Source: Clostridia bacterium
GTDB taxonomy: Bacteria; Bacillota; Clostridia; RUG12999
Assembly (NCBI GenBank): GCA_017396395.1
Contig: JAFQMF010000015.1
Coordinates: 139,940-203,939 of the forward strand
Direction of reading: 5' to 3'
DNA length: 64,000 nt
Part shown: piece by piece, positions 1 through 10,858 of the stretch
How positions within the stretch are numbered: position 1 is the stretch's first letter
Layout: each line of letters starts with the position of its first letter
Translations under genes and position numbers: made by a program
Notes under the pieces: generated by a model
Databases searched by the model: none
Told to the model about the DNA's origin: nothing
Seen by the model: the letters and a program-made list of their open reading frames with translations, nothing else

Positions 1-377
1 AACGAAAAGATAAAGGTTATTCCTCTGCGTGGATGCATCATAAGGGGAGAAATAAGCACCATTTTGAATATTGGATGGACTATGACCCTCAGACACATAT
101 AATGTCACCTGTAAAAATGCCATACAGATATTTGATAGAGATGTTTTGTGACAGGGTTGCAGCAAGTAAGATATATCAGGGGAATAATTACAGTGAAAAA
201 GACCCTCTTGAGTATTTTATGAAAGCAAAAAAAAGAAGGATAATTCATCCTGAAACTTCAATTCAACTTGAATATCTTTTAACTATGCTGGCAGAAAAAG
301 GGGAAAAAGAAACCTTTGGCTTTATCAAATCCCATAAAAAAGGTTTTGATGTGCCAAAGGATTTTGCAGGGGCATAA
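1..377 (+). CDS. Hypothetical protein, 5'-truncated at the window edge (C-terminal ~125 aa visible)
   Basis: The reading frame is open from base 3 with no start codon, so the gene begins upstream of the window. The stop is at 375-377. I could not identify the family from the C-terminal sequence. Confidence 0.45.
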   Translation, partial: RKDKGYSSAWMHHKGRNKHHFEYWMDYDPQTHIMSPVKMPYRYLIEMFCDRVAASKIYQGNNYSEKDPLEYFMKAKKRRIIHPETSIQLEYLLTMLAEKGEKETFGFIKSHKKGFDVPKDFAGA

Positions 378-1064
378 TCAGCCTCTTTGAATTTTCTCTC
401 GTTTTTTCCAGCTAATAAAGCCGTATAAATCATTTACAAAAAACATAAAAAAACAAATTACCATAGGAAATTTTGAAAATGCTTCAAAGGATGCAATACT
501 CCACAAAATAATAAGCACAACATCATTTACCATATATGCAACTGCATAGTAGGGATTTCGATAGAAGGTAAGCAAGGATGCAAAAAGGCTGGTAGTTATA
601 GAAAAGGTACTAAATAAAAGACTGGCAGTATTTAAGGCTTTTAAAATAAAATAAAATATGATTGTACCAACTACAGATACTAAACAGACTATGCAAAACT
701 CCTTTTTTGTAAGTCTGTGAATTTTAACCTCGTTGTGTCCCGATGCGAAGGGATGGCGAAGCCACGAAAATATAGAAAAAATTGTGGCAGGAAGGGACAT
801 TCCCACATAGGTTATAAGCTCGCCATAATACCTTGTCTGGTAAGAGGAAATACCATATAAAATACAGAAAAATGCACATATGATATGTCCCCATACATCT
901 CCCTTTGCAACAAAAATAAGAGCGGTTACTCCAAGTGCAGTGCCACATAGGGAAATTATATCACGGTTATTAGAAATTATGTTTGAACAAAGCACCATAA
1001 CAAGGGATATTATCCATAAAAACCATTCGTGCTTTTCTAAATTTTTAAAGGGGTTGTATAACAT
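378..1064 (-). CDS. pnuC: Nicotinamide riboside transporter PnuC-like membrane protein
   Basis: 228 aa polytopic membrane protein. It has Trp-rich helices and the C-terminal 'VNDLYGF' motif typical of PnuC. pncB is in the same window. Confidence 0.55.
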   Translation of the reverse strand: MLYNPFKNLEKHEWFLWIISLVMVLCSNIISNNRDIISLCGTALGVTALIFVAKGDVWGHIICAFFCILYGISSYQTRYYGELITYVGMSLPATIFSIFSWLRHPFASGHNEVKIHRLTKKEFCIVCLVSVVGTIIFYFILKALNTASLLFSTFSITTSLFASLLTFYRNPYYAVAYMVNDVVLIILWSIASFEAFSKFPMVICFFMFFVNDLYGFISWKKREKIQRG

Positions 1065-1156
1065 ATTATGTAATCCTTTTTATAAAAATAATGCATAAAG
1101 AATTGTATCATTTTTTATATATATTGTCAAGACTAATGAAAATTGGAAGTGTAAAA

Positions 1157-2047
1157 ATGAAACAAAAGATATGTGCTACCTTAGCAGCATTTATATGGGG
1201 TACAGCATTTCTTGCTCAGGATAGCTGTGCGAAATATTTACAACCCTTTACAGTAAGCTTTTTAAGGGGGATTATTTCATCAATTGCAGTATTCATTATA
1301 TTACTTTTTATGAAAAAAGCAAAAGGGGAAAAAAGGAAAAATACTAAGGAATATAACAAAACTCTTTTAATCGGCGGTATTATCTGCGGAATTGCTCTGT
1401 GCGTGGCATCTGTATTTCAGCAGGCAGGAATTAAAGATACAGGTCCTGGGAAAAGTGCATTTATAACAGCTATGTATATTGTGATTGTTCCGCTGATTGG
1501 TATATTTTCTAAGAAAAAAGTGGGCATAAATGTGTGGATGGCAGTAGCAGTATCAGTAGTAGGTTTTTATTATTTATGTCTTTATAATGTAGGCTTCAGC
1601 ATAGCAGTTTCAGACCTTTACATACTTTTATGTGCAATAGTATTTGCTGTACATATACATATAATAGATTACTTTGTAACTAAGGTGGACGGGGTAGAGC
1701 TTTCCTGTGTTCAACTTGCTACTATGGGGATTATGTCAGGAATAATGGCATTTATTGCGGAAAGTCCTAAAATGGGAAATATTCTACCTTGCATTATGCC
1801 ACTATTGTATATTGCAATATTCTCAAGCGGTGTTGCATACACATTGCAAATTGTATCCCAAAAAGGCTCAAACCCTACTGTTATAACTCTCCTTTTAAGT
1901 CTTGAGTCGGTTTTTGCAGTACTGTCTGAAACTTTAATATCTGGAGGAAGCGGACTTAAGTGGTTTGAAATACTTGGATGCGTACTTATATTTGCTGCAG
2001 TGATTTTTGCACAGATACCAATAAATAAGAAAAAGCTGAGTAACTAA
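1157..2047 (+). CDS. DMT-superfamily (EamA-like) permease
   Basis: About 10 TM helices in two EamA-like halves. ATG at 1157 is preceded by GGAAGTG. The track's longer ORF starts at 1091. Confidence 0.75.
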   Translation: MKQKICATLAAFIWGTAFLAQDSCAKYLQPFTVSFLRGIISSIAVFIILLFMKKAKGEKRKNTKEYNKTLLIGGIICGIALCVASVFQQAGIKDTGPGKSAFITAMYIVIVPLIGIFSKKKVGINVWMAVAVSVVGFYYLCLYNVGFSIAVSDLYILLCAIVFAVHIHIIDYFVTKVDGVELSCVQLATMGIMSGIMAFIAESPKMGNILPCIMPLLYIAIFSSGVAYTLQIVSQKGSNPTVITLLLSLESVFAVLSETLISGGSGLKWFEILGCVLIFAAVIFAQIPINKKKLSN

Positions 2048-2075
2048 GGGATTTTGCCTTAGTTACTCAGCTTTT
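2038..2075. terminator. Bidirectional Rho-independent terminator between the EamA gene and apbE
   Basis: Hairpin agtaactaagg...ccttagttact with flanking T/A runs, between two convergent genes. Confidence 0.5.
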
Positions 2076-2077
2076 TA

Positions 2078-3085
2078 TTATTTCTCTGTTAACTTGTAGC
2101 CTTCTGCCAAAGTTATTTCAGGATTTCCTACAGTATATACATTTTTATTTTTGTCTAATAACACTGCTTTTACTTGGCAGTCTTTTGCAAGGTTTATTCC
2201 ATCTTCTGCTCCCAGTACAAAGCAAGCTGTGGAAAGTGCGTCTGCAAGCACACCGCTGTCACTAAGTATAGTAACGGAAACAAGTCCATTTTCTGCAGGG
2301 AAACCTGTTTTCGGGTCTAATATATGATGATATTTTTTGCCGTTTTCTTCAAAATATCTCTGGTATTCTCCTGAGGTAATTACTGCACCGCTTTTAATTG
2401 ACAAGGTGGCAAATACTCCTTCTTTTCCGTCGTCTATAGAAATTTTAAAGGGAGAACCATCAGGTTTTTGCCCATAAGTCATAATATTTCCGCCAAAATC
2501 CAGTATTGCAAAATCTACATCATATTCCTTTAAAATTTCTGATGCTTTATCGGAAGCATATCCCTTTGCTATTCCACTTAAATCAATTTTCCCTTTGGGA
2601 GTTATAGAAACCTTATTACCTTCTCTTTTGATTTGTGTTGATGCAATAACAGAAAGGGTATCTGCAATATCAGTATCCGTAGGCACTTTGCGGTAATTTC
2701 CGTTAAATCCCCAAAGCTCTACAAGAGGTCTTATTGCAACATTAAAAGCACCATTTGATTTTATCTTTATATCTTCTGCAACCTCCAGCACTTTTATAGT
2801 GTCGCTATCAAAAGAAACAGTTCCGCCCTCATTATTAAGTTTATAAAGATTTCCGTTTACATTTGATGCATTCATATTAGCATCAAGGTTATCTATCATT
2901 TTCAAAATATCACGGGTGGCTAAATCCATATTATTGCCTTCACCGCGAATTACAATATCAGTATCCATTTTAAAAAACATACCTTCGTAGTAATTATCAT
3001 CAAAAAAAATAACATCCAATGTTATAATTACTGCAAACAGCAGAAGAAAAATGAGTACTGTTTTACCTTTTGAAAAAGTTTTCAT
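2078..3085 (-). CDS. apbE: FAD:protein FMN transferase (ApbE family) with N-terminal signal/anchor
   Basis: Carries ApbE motifs (FKMDTD..., GIAKGYA, HHILDPKTG). An N-terminal hydrophobic segment is present. Its start overlaps the dusB stop (ATGA). Confidence 0.88.
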   Translation of the reverse strand: MKTFSKGKTVLIFLLLFAVIITLDVIFFDDNYYEGMFFKMDTDIVIRGEGNNMDLATRDILKMIDNLDANMNASNVNGNLYKLNNEGGTVSFDSDTIKVLEVAEDIKIKSNGAFNVAIRPLVELWGFNGNYRKVPTDTDIADTLSVIASTQIKREGNKVSITPKGKIDLSGIAKGYASDKASEILKEYDVDFAILDFGGNIMTYGQKPDGSPFKISIDDGKEGVFATLSIKSGAVITSGEYQRYFEENGKKYHHILDPKTGFPAENGLVSVTILSDSGVLADALSTACFVLGAEDGINLAKDCQVKAVLLDKNKNVYTVGNPEITLAEGYKLTEK

Positions 3086-4032
3086 ATGCTACCAAGTCCT
3101 TTTTTTACATCTTCCAGAGTTTCCACTCTTGAAATTTCATTTCGTATTATTGCCGCATCCTTAAACCCTTTAATATACCATAAAAGGTGGCTTCTGGACA
3201 TTTTAACACCAATATTTTCACCATAATATTTACAAAGGTTAAAAACGTGGCGGATTGCCATTTCTTTTCTTTCCTCAGTGGTGGGAAAGGAGCTGATTTT
3301 TCCTGAATTTATGTATTCCAATGTTTGTTTTACAAGCCAGGGATTACCTTTTAACCCTCTTGCCAGCATAATTCCATCACAGCCTGTTTGCTCCAGCATT
3401 TGTTTGCCGTCCTCAGGAGTGAAAATATCTCCGTTTCCCACAACAGGAACAGATACACTTTCCTTAACTCTTGATATAATTTCCCAGTCTGCCTTACCCT
3501 GATACATTTGCATTTTGGTGCGTCCGTGAACAGTAAGCATATCCGCACCGTTTTCTTCTAAAACCTTTGCAAAACATACAGCGTTTATATTGTTATCATC
3601 CCAACCCTTACGAAATTTTACACTAACTGGAATTTTAACGGCAGATTTTACCGCCTTTACAATTTCTCCTGCAAGTTTGGGGTTTTTCATAAGGGCACTG
3701 CCGTCCCCGTGATTTGCCACCTTTGGCACAGGACAGCCCATATTGATATCCACAATATCCGCACCTTCAAGCTCTGCCATTTTAGCACCATATGCACAAA
3801 TTTCAGGGTCGCTGCCAAAAATCTGTATAGCAACCGGGTGCTCGTTTTTATCTAATAGCATAAGCTGTTTTGTTTTTTTGTCTTTATACCACAGAGCTTT
3901 TGCACTTACCATTTCGGTAAAAACAAGTCCTGCACCCATTTCTTTTAAAATTGAACGGTAGGCAATATCGCTTATTCCTGCCATGGGAGCAGTAAATATA
4001 TTATTTTCAAATTTAAGATTTCCTATTTTCAT
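3082..4032 (-). CDS. dusB: tRNA-dihydrouridine synthase
   Basis: TIM-barrel Dus motifs (APMAGISD, DINMGCP, conserved Cys/Lys) across the full length. Confidence 0.88.
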   Translation of the reverse strand: MKIGNLKFENNIFTAPMAGISDIAYRSILKEMGAGLVFTEMVSAKALWYKDKKTKQLMLLDKNEHPVAIQIFGSDPEICAYGAKMAELEGADIVDINMGCPVPKVANHGDGSALMKNPKLAGEIVKAVKSAVKIPVSVKFRKGWDDNNINAVCFAKVLEENGADMLTVHGRTKMQMYQGKADWEIISRVKESVSVPVVGNGDIFTPEDGKQMLEQTGCDGIMLARGLKGNPWLVKQTLEYINSGKISSFPTTEERKEMAIRHVFNLCKYYGENIGVKMSRSHLLWYIKGFKDAAIIRNEISRVETLEDVKKGLGSI

Positions 4033-4251
4033 AAAATGCTCCCTCTAAGAAATTTAACTACATTATACATCATAAGCAGTTTTTTTGTCAACCAAATAAT
4101 CCTCCTTTGTGAAAATGCACCCTTATTTAACTAAAAAAAGGCTAAAATTTTACAGTTTTGCCTTTGACAAATAAGGTTTTTAGTGGTAAAATATACATAT
4201 GATGAGGCACATTTGGGGCTTTGCTCTTGTGCACATAAGGAGGATAACCTT

Positions 4252-4743
4252 ATGTATAAGGTGGGAGAAAAAATTTTATATCCTATGCATGGCGCAGGTA
4301 TAGTGGAAGCTATTGAAACCCAAGAGATTTTCGGGGAGGAAAGGGAGTACTATGTCCTGAAAATGCCAATGGATGGTATGAAGGTTAAAATTCCGGTAGA
4401 TAATGCTGAGAATATAGGTGTCCGTAACATTATAAGCGAAAGCGAAGCAGTTAAGGTTATGGAATATATTGAAGAATACACAGGAGAAGTAAATTCCAAT
4501 TGGAATAAGCGTTATCGTGAAAATATTGTACACATTAAAAGCGGAAACATATTTGAGGTAGCAGCAGTTTTAAAAATGCTTATGTGCCGTGACAGGCAAA
4601 AAAGCTTATCATCAGGGGAACGTAAAATGTTTGCCAGTGCAAAGCAGATTTTAAATTCTGAAATTATGCTTTCAACAGATGTAAGTGCAAAAGATGTGGA
4701 AGAACAGCTTAACAGCATAATTGACAGAAGTCTTGAAAAATAG
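4252..4743 (+). CDS. CarD/CdnL-family RNA-polymerase-binding transcription factor
   Basis: YPMHGAG N-terminal RNAP-interacting motif. AAGGAGG RBS lies 7 nt before the ATG at 4252. Position upstream of ispD-ispF matches Firmicute synteny. Confidence 0.8.
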   Translation: MYKVGEKILYPMHGAGIVEAIETQEIFGEEREYYVLKMPMDGMKVKIPVDNAENIGVRNIISESEAVKVMEYIEEYTGEVNSNWNKRYRENIVHIKSGNIFEVAAVLKMLMCRDRQKSLSSGERKMFASAKQILNSEIMLSTDVSAKDVEEQLNSIIDRSLEK

Positions 4744-4774
4744 TTATATAACTTCCTTGAAAGAAGGGGTTTGA

Positions 4775-5461
4775 ATGGTTTTTGCAGGTATTGTTGCAGG
4801 GGGAATGGGAAACCGTATGGGTACTGACCTTCCCAAGCAGTATATGGAAATAAATGCAAAGCCTGTTATAATTCATACAATCGAAAAGTTTTTACCTTAT
4901 GTAGATGAAATTTATATAGGGGTGGCTCAGAGTTGGAAGGATTATACAGAAAAGCTTGTGGAAAAATTTAATATACAAAATAAAATAAGAGTGGTTATCG
5001 GTGGAGAAAATCGATCGGCCACCCTTTTCGCAGTTATTTGGGAAATTAAAAAAAATCATAAAATTACCAAAGACGATATTATTTTAACTCACGATGCCGT
5101 GCGTCCTTTTGTTACAGGCAAAATGATTGAGGATAATATAGAAATATGTAAAAAATGCGGAGCTTGCGGTACATTTATTCCGGCTGTGGATACAATGTGC
5201 ATATCAAAAGGCGGATATATGGTGGAAAAAATTCCGGACAGAAGTGTTATGTATAATGTGCAGACACCACAGACAGTTAAGGTAGATATTTTATATAAAC
5301 TGCTGGAAAAGTATAAAAATGAACTGGAACAGTTTACTGATGTTTGCGGACTTTTGTGCCGTGAAGGAGTTCCTTGCGGAATGGCACAGGGAAGTAGGGA
5401 AAATATAAAAATTACCTTTCCTTCAGATATTGCTTTTGCAGAAGGGATTATTGGGAAGTGA
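4775..5461 (+). CDS. ispD: 2-C-methyl-D-erythritol 4-phosphate cytidylyltransferase
   Basis: N-terminal AGGxGxRMG nucleotide-binding motif. Followed directly by ispF. Confidence 0.9.
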   Translation: MVFAGIVAGGMGNRMGTDLPKQYMEINAKPVIIHTIEKFLPYVDEIYIGVAQSWKDYTEKLVEKFNIQNKIRVVIGGENRSATLFAVIWEIKKNHKITKDDIILTHDAVRPFVTGKMIEDNIEICKKCGACGTFIPAVDTMCISKGGYMVEKIPDRSVMYNVQTPQTVKVDILYKLLEKYKNELEQFTDVCGLLCREGVPCGMAQGSRENIKITFPSDIAFAEGIIGK

Positions 5462-5466
5462 TAAAA

Positions 5467-5946
5467 ATGCGTATAGGTAATGGTTTTGATGTGCACAGAC
5501 TAGAGCAGGGAAGACCTCTTATTATGGGAGGAGTAGAAATCCCATATGATAAGGGGCTTCTTGGTCATTCAGATGCTGATGTGCTTGTGCATAGTATTAT
5601 GGACGGAATGTTGGGAGCGCTTGCTCTTGGAGATATAGGTCAGCATTTTCCAGACAGTGACCCACAGTATAAAGGAATAAGCAGTATAAGTCTTTTGGAA
5701 AAGGTAAATAAGCTTATTTTAAATTATGGGTACAAGGTGGGAAATATTGACAGTATTATCTGTGCACAAAATCCTAAATTCGCACCACATATAAATAAAA
5801 TGAGAGAAAATATTTCCCAAGCTATTGGAGTTGATGTAAAACAGGTAAGTGTGAAGGCTACTACAACCGAAAAGCTTGGGTTTGAAGGCAGAGGCGAAGG
5901 AATAAGCGCTTATGCAGTTGTTATTCTTGAGGAGGAAACAAAGTGA
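5467..5946 (+). CDS. ispF: 2-C-methyl-D-erythritol 2,4-cyclodiphosphate synthase
   Basis: Full-length match to the IspF fold ([16 protein letters not shown] zinc-ligand motifs). Confidence 0.92.
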   Translation: MRIGNGFDVHRLEQGRPLIMGGVEIPYDKGLLGHSDADVLVHSIMDGMLGALALGDIGQHFPDSDPQYKGISSISLLEKVNKLILNYGYKVGNIDSIICAQNPKFAPHINKMRENISQAIGVDVKQVSVKATTTEKLGFEGRGEGISAYAVVILEEETK

Positions 5947-7640
5947 AAGTATCAAAATTATTAATGCCTACATTAAGAGAAGTACCCGCAGAGGCTGAAA
6001 TTAAAAGCCATCAGCTTATGCTCAGAGCAGGTCTTATGAGAAAAACTGCGTCAGGAGTATATTCATATCTGCCTCTTGGAGTAAAAACCTTGCAGAATGT
6101 TGAAAAAATTATCCGCGAAGGTATGAATAATCATGGTGCTCAGGAGCTTCTGATGCCCGCTATTCTTCCAAAGGAAATTTTAGAGGAATCTGGCAGATGG
6201 GAAGTATTTGGCCCTGAAATGTTTAGACTTAAGGATCGAAACAGCAGAGATTACTGTCTTGGTCCTACTCATGAAGAAATGTTTACAATTACTGTTCGTG
6301 ATGAGGTTCGTTCTTATAAAAACCTTCCTCTTACACTTTATCAGATTCAGACAAAGTACAGAGATGAAAGACGTCCCAGATTTGGTGTTATGCGTAGCCG
6401 TGAGTTTATTATGAAGGATGCATACAGCTTTGACTTGAATGAGGAAGGGCTTGATGCGTCATACAAAGAAATGTATAATGCTTACTGTGAGATTTTTGAC
6501 CGTATGAAGCTTGATTATACTGTTGTAGATGCAGATTCAGGTGCAATGGGAGGAAGCGGTTCTCAGGAATTTATGGTAAAGTCCGATGTAGGTGAGGATA
6601 CAATTGCATATTGTCAGGAGTGCGGATATGCTGCCAATGAAGAAAAAATGGCAGGGGTTCCATCTTCCTGTGTATGTCCCCAAGGGGATATGAAAATAGA
6701 AAAAATTCATACCCCAAATGTAAAGACCATTGAAGATTTAATCAAACTATTTAGCTGTGAGCCTACATTATTTGTTAAGACAATTATTTATAAGGCAGAT
6801 GGCAAACCTGTAGCAGTAATGGTAAGAGGGGATAGAGATGTTAACGAAACAAAGCTGCAGAATTATCTTGGTTGTCTTGAGCTTGAAATGGCTGACCCTC
6901 AGACAGTATATGATGTAACAGGTGCGGCAGTTGGCTTTGCGGGTCCTGTAGGCATTAAATGTGATGTGCTTATGGATTTGGAAGTTGAAAAAATGAAAAA
7001 CTTTATTATCGGTGCTAATGAAACAGATTACCACTTTAAAAATGTTCAGCCAGGCAGAGATTTTACTCCCACAGCTACACTTGATTTAAGAAATGTTGTT
7101 TGCGGTGATGCTTGTCCTAAATGCGGCGGAAAAATTAAAACTGCACAGGGTATTGAAGTGGGACACATTTTTAAGCTTGGAACAAAATATTCAAAAGCAC
7201 TTGGCTGTACCTGTCTTGACGAAAAGGGCGAGGACAGAACAATTATTATGGGCTGCTACGGCATTGGTGTAAACAGATGTGTAGCGGCAATTGTGGAACA
7301 AAGCTCTGATGAAAATGGTATTATCTGGCCGGTAGATGTTGCACCATTTAAGGCGATAATTGTACCTGTTAATGAAGAAAATCAGGAGCAGATGGCACTT
7401 GCGGAGGAAATATATAATACTCTTAAATCAAAGGGTATAGATGTGCTCATTGATGACCGTCATGAACGTCCCGGCGTTAAGTTTAAAGATGCTGACCTTA
7501 TTGGTATTCCTGTGAGAATTACTGTTGGTAAAAAGGCAGCGGATGGCATAGTTGAGTACAAACTGAGAACAGAAAAGGAATCGGTTGATATGACAGCTGA
7601 GGAAGCGATATCCAGTGCCATTAAATATATAACCCAGTAA
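5943..7640 (+). CDS. proS: Proline--tRNA ligase (bacterial type with editing domain)
   Basis: 565 aa. Class II aaRS motifs, INS editing domain and anticodon-binding domain are all present. GTG start overlaps the ispF stop. Confidence 0.95.
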   Translation: MKVSKLLMPTLREVPAEAEIKSHQLMLRAGLMRKTASGVYSYLPLGVKTLQNVEKIIREGMNNHGAQELLMPAILPKEILEESGRWEVFGPEMFRLKDRNSRDYCLGPTHEEMFTITVRDEVRSYKNLPLTLYQIQTKYRDERRPRFGVMRSREFIMKDAYSFDLNEEGLDASYKEMYNAYCEIFDRMKLDYTVVDADSGAMGGSGSQEFMVKSDVGEDTIAYCQECGYAANEEKMAGVPSSCVCPQGDMKIEKIHTPNVKTIEDLIKLFSCEPTLFVKTIIYKADGKPVAVMVRGDRDVNETKLQNYLGCLELEMADPQTVYDVTGAAVGFAGPVGIKCDVLMDLEVEKMKNFIIGANETDYHFKNVQPGRDFTPTATLDLRNVVCGDACPKCGGKIKTAQGIEVGHIFKLGTKYSKALGCTCLDEKGEDRTIIMGCYGIGVNRCVAAIVEQSSDENGIIWPVDVAPFKAIIVPVNEENQEQMALAEEIYNTLKSKGIDVLIDDRHERPGVKFKDADLIGIPVRITVGKKAADGIVEYKLRTEKESVDMTAEEAISSAIKYITQ

Positions 7641-7686
7641 AAAAATCCTCCGACCTGAAAATTTTCGGGTCGGAGGTAAGATTTTA
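7641..7686. terminator. Bidirectional terminator (proS / DUF4364 gene)
   Basis: cctccgacc-N11-gggtcggagg hairpin with flanking A/T runs between convergent genes. Confidence 0.6.
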
Positions 7687-8226
7687 TATATCAATTACTT
7701 TTGAAAGAGCGTTGTTGATTTCCTTATACAGTTCTCCTTTTTTTGCACGCAGAGCATTTTTAATATTTTCTGATGCTTCTCTGGAGCCTGTACGGAAGGA
7801 AAGAGTCATAAGTTCTTCTTCAAATTCGGTATATTCTACCTTCACACCAAAGCTGGTATCGGATATTGGATAAATATTACATACAAACTCTTTTGCAAGA
7901 AGAATTTTGCGTTTTTCGCGTTTTATATAATCGGCAATGTTAAGGCGAAGCTCATATGCAACCTTTTTATAGGTTTCGTCTGCAAGCTCTTTTCCTTGCT
8001 TTGTAAGACGGTGATATTCAGTTCCCTCGTCTGTATAGGTATATACATATCCTGTTTCCTCTAATTTTCCCAGAGATTCACGATAATCAAAGAAATTAAC
8101 CTCAATATCACTTAGCATAATGGTGCTTAAAGTATCTTCGGAAATTGGGGACTTGTATTTATCAAGTATATACAATATAACAAGCTTAATTGTAATTGGA
8201 CGTTTAACAACAGGCTTCATAATCAA
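7684..8226 (-). CDS. Hypothetical protein, DUF4364-like
   Basis: 180 aa soluble protein with no catalytic motif I recognise. Family assignment is from memory of conserved Clostridial hypotheticals. Confidence 0.5.
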   Translation of the reverse strand: MIMKPVVKRPITIKLVILYILDKYKSPISEDTLSTIMLSDIEVNFFDYRESLGKLEETGYVYTYTDEGTEYHRLTKQGKELADETYKKVAYELRLNIADYIKREKRKILLAKEFVCNIYPISDTSFGVKVEYTEFEEELMTLSFRTGSREASENIKNALRAKKGELYKEINNALSKVIDI

Positions 8227-8327
8227 TCTCCCATTTATAGTGTTGATACTATTCTAACATATTTTTTTGTTATTTACAAGTGGAAATAGTTATAAATTTT
8301 AAATCTTATTAAAAAGGATGTTATATA

Positions 8328-8735
8328 GTGAAGAAAAGAATAGCATTTTATGGAATTTTACTTTTGATTTTAGGTGTCTTTATGATTTTTAATATAAATA
8401 TTATATTTCCTTCTGAAATTCCTTCTGTTATAGAAATAGAAAAAGAGGACAGCTTTTTGAAAATTTCAGGACAGGTTAAAGATTACAGAGGCAAAGTATA
8501 TTATGTAAAAACCGAAGTTTCAGGTGAAAATCTTTATATATCCATTGGCGGAAAAAGAAGCCTAAATAAAAAAACAAGTAACTTTAGTGCAGGTATAAAC
8601 GATAAATCAAATGAAATAAAAAACATATATATTAAGGATAATAAAAAGGTTACTTTAGCAGCAGAGAACCCCTATTTTGGAGAAAGTAACAAAATAGATA
8701 TACCCTCTTTTGAAAACACCCATATTGAGAATTGA
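8328..8735 (+). CDS. Hypothetical membrane-anchored protein
   Basis: GTG start after an AAGGA RBS. One N-terminal TM helix followed by a Lys/Asn-rich, low-complexity ectodomain. Confidence 0.4.
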   Translation: MKKRIAFYGILLLILGVFMIFNINIIFPSEIPSVIEIEKEDSFLKISGQVKDYRGKVYYVKTEVSGENLYISIGGKRSLNKKTSNFSAGINDKSNEIKNIYIKDNKKVTLAAENPYFGESNKIDIPSFENTHIEN

Positions 8736-8760
8736 CAAAATGGCAATTTTAGGGTATAAT
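8733..8760 (+). promoter_or_regulatory. Sigma-A-type promoter for greA-lysS
   Basis: TTGACA, 16-nt spacer, then TATAAT, about 55 nt upstream of the greA ATG. Confidence 0.5.
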
Positions 8761-8817
8761 ATTAGGTATGTAATTTAATATATAACAACATTAAATAAAA
8801 ATCGGAGGACTTAAAAA

Positions 8818-9297
8818 ATGGATAACGTAAAAGAATTTTTAATGACCCTTGAAGAGCAGGATAAGTTAAAGGAACAAATTGACTACCTTAAAAACGAAAA
8901 ACGTAAAGAAATTGCTGAGAAAATCAATGTAGCAAGAGGCTACGGCGACCTTTCTGAAAACTCTGAATATGACGCTGCAAAAGCTGAACAGGCAGAAAAT
9001 GAAGAACTTTTAAAGGAACTGGAACACAGACTTAAATATTCTAAAATTGTGGAGGCAAAAAGCATTGACGGTAAAACTGTTAATGTGGGTGTTACAGTTA
9101 AGGTTAAAAATATGGAGCTTTCAAAAGAAATGACTCTTACAATTACAGGTGCTATCGGGGCTGACCCTATGCATGGCAAAATCTCTGTTGATTCTCCCAT
9201 CGCAAAAGCCTTAATAGGCAAAAAAGCAGGTGCAACTGTTGTAGCTGATACACCCAGCGGTGCAAAGAAATTTAAGATTTTGGAAATTGTAAAATAA
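8818..9297 (+). CDS. greA: Transcription elongation factor GreA
   Basis: N-terminal coiled-coil with conserved acidic tip residues, plus the C-terminal FKBP-like domain. The greA-lysS synteny is conserved in Firmicutes. Confidence 0.9.
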   Translation: MDNVKEFLMTLEEQDKLKEQIDYLKNEKRKEIAEKINVARGYGDLSENSEYDAAKAEQAENEELLKELEHRLKYSKIVEAKSIDGKTVNVGVTVKVKNMELSKEMTLTITGAIGADPMHGKISVDSPIAKALIGKKAGATVVADTPSGAKKFKILEIVK

Positions 9298-9313
9298 ATG
9301 GAGGAATACAAAA

Positions 9314-10804
9314 GTGGCACAGAACGAAAATACAAACCAGCAACCAGTATCTGAACTTTTACAGATAAGAAGAGATAAGCTTGCGCTCTTACAGGAAGCA
9401 GGCAGAGACCCTTTTAAGATCACAGTTTATGACAGAACCCATGCTACAAATAAGGTTGTAGAGGATTTTGATAATTTAGAAGGTAAAACCGTAAGTGTTG
9501 CGGGTAGAGTTATGGCAAAAAGAGGTATGGGAAAAATGCTTTTCTGGGACCTTGCTGACAGAGATGGCAAGATACAGATAGTAATTAGAAAAGATGTTAT
9601 CGGAGAAGAACTTTTTCCTGAAATAAAAAAATACGATATCGGTGATATTATAGGTGCTGAAGGAGAGGTATTCAAAACACAGACAGGCGAAGTTTCTGTT
9701 AGAGCAAACTCAATTACTCTTCTTTCCAAATCACTGCAGATTTTACCTGAGAAGTTTCATGGCCTTGTAGATACTGATACTCGCTATCGTCAAAGATATA
9801 TCGACCTTATTATGAACGATGAAGTTAAGGATACCTTCTTAAAGCGTTCTAAGATTATTTCAGCAATTCGTTCATATCTTAATGAAAGAGATTTTCTTGA
9901 AGTGGAAACTCCTATGCTTGTATCTAATGCAGGAGGTGCAGCAGCACGTCCTTTTGAAACTCATTTTAATGCACTTGGTGAGGATTTTAAGCTTAGAATT
10001 TCTCTTGAATTATACCTGAAACGTCTTATTGTAGGCGGTCTTGAAAGAGTATATGAAATTGGCAGAGTTTTCAGAAATGAAGGTCTTGATACACGTCATA
10101 ATCCTGAATTTACTCTTATGGAGCTTTATCAGGCATATACAGACTATCACGGTATGATGGACTTAACAGAAGATTTATACCGCCATGTTGCACAAACAGT
10201 TTTGGGTACAACTACCATTACCTATAATGGCGTTGAAATGGATTTAAGTAAACCTTTTGAGCGTATTACAATGGTGGACGCTGTTAAGAAATATGCAGGG
10301 GTTGATTTCAATGAAATTAATACCTTAGAAGAGGCAAGAGCAATTGCCGATAAGCACCATGTGGAATATGAGGATCGTCATAAAAAGGGTGACATTTTAA
10401 GCTTGTTCTTTGAAGAATTTGCAGAAGAACATCTTATTCAGCCTACTTTTGTTATGGACCATCCTATAGAAATTTCACCACTTACAAAGAAAAAGCCTGA
10501 AAATCCTGACTATGTTGAAAGATTTGAATTCTTTATGAACGGCTGGGAAATGGCAAATGCTTACTCTGAGCTTAACGATCCTATTGACCAGAGAGAAAGA
10601 TTTAAAGCTCAGGAAGAACTTTTATCACTTGGGGATGAAGAAGCTAATACAACGGACGAAGATTTTATGTATGCTTTGGAACTGGGTATGCCACCAACGG
10701 GAGGTATCGGTTTCGGTATAGACCGTATGTGTATGCTTATGACAGATTCAGCAGCTATACGAGATGTTTTATTATTCCCCACAATGAAGCCACTTGATAA
10801 ATAA
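9314..10804 (+). CDS. lysS: Lysine--tRNA ligase (class II)
   Basis: 496 aa with an OB-fold anticodon-binding domain and class II motifs 1-3. Confidence 0.95.
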   Translation: MAQNENTNQQPVSELLQIRRDKLALLQEAGRDPFKITVYDRTHATNKVVEDFDNLEGKTVSVAGRVMAKRGMGKMLFWDLADRDGKIQIVIRKDVIGEELFPEIKKYDIGDIIGAEGEVFKTQTGEVSVRANSITLLSKSLQILPEKFHGLVDTDTRYRQRYIDLIMNDEVKDTFLKRSKIISAIRSYLNERDFLEVETPMLVSNAGGAAARPFETHFNALGEDFKLRISLELYLKRLIVGGLERVYEIGRVFRNEGLDTRHNPEFTLMELYQAYTDYHGMMDLTEDLYRHVAQTVLGTTTITYNGVEMDLSKPFERITMVDAVKKYAGVDFNEINTLEEARAIADKHHVEYEDRHKKGDILSLFFEEFAEEHLIQPTFVMDHPIEISPLTKKKPENPDYVERFEFFMNGWEMANAYSELNDPIDQRERFKAQEELLSLGDEEANTTDEDFMYALELGMPPTGGIGFGIDRMCMLMTDSAAIRDVLLFPTMKPLDK

Positions 10805-10811
10805 AAAGTTA

Positions 10812-10856
10812 AAAAGCCTTGTCACCTAAATTTGATTGACAAGGCTTTTTCTTTTT
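10812..10856. terminator. Bidirectional terminator (lysS / chrA pair)
   Basis: aagccttgtca-N12-tgacaaggctt followed by a T-run. Confidence 0.6.
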
Positions 10857-10858
10857 AA

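Noticed and set aside
9427-9729. 100-aa minus-strand ORF antisense to lysS (and similar antisense ORFs in proS, pncB, gpmI, SbcC)
   Set aside because: They are nested antisense ORFs within conserved housekeeping genes, with no expression signals.
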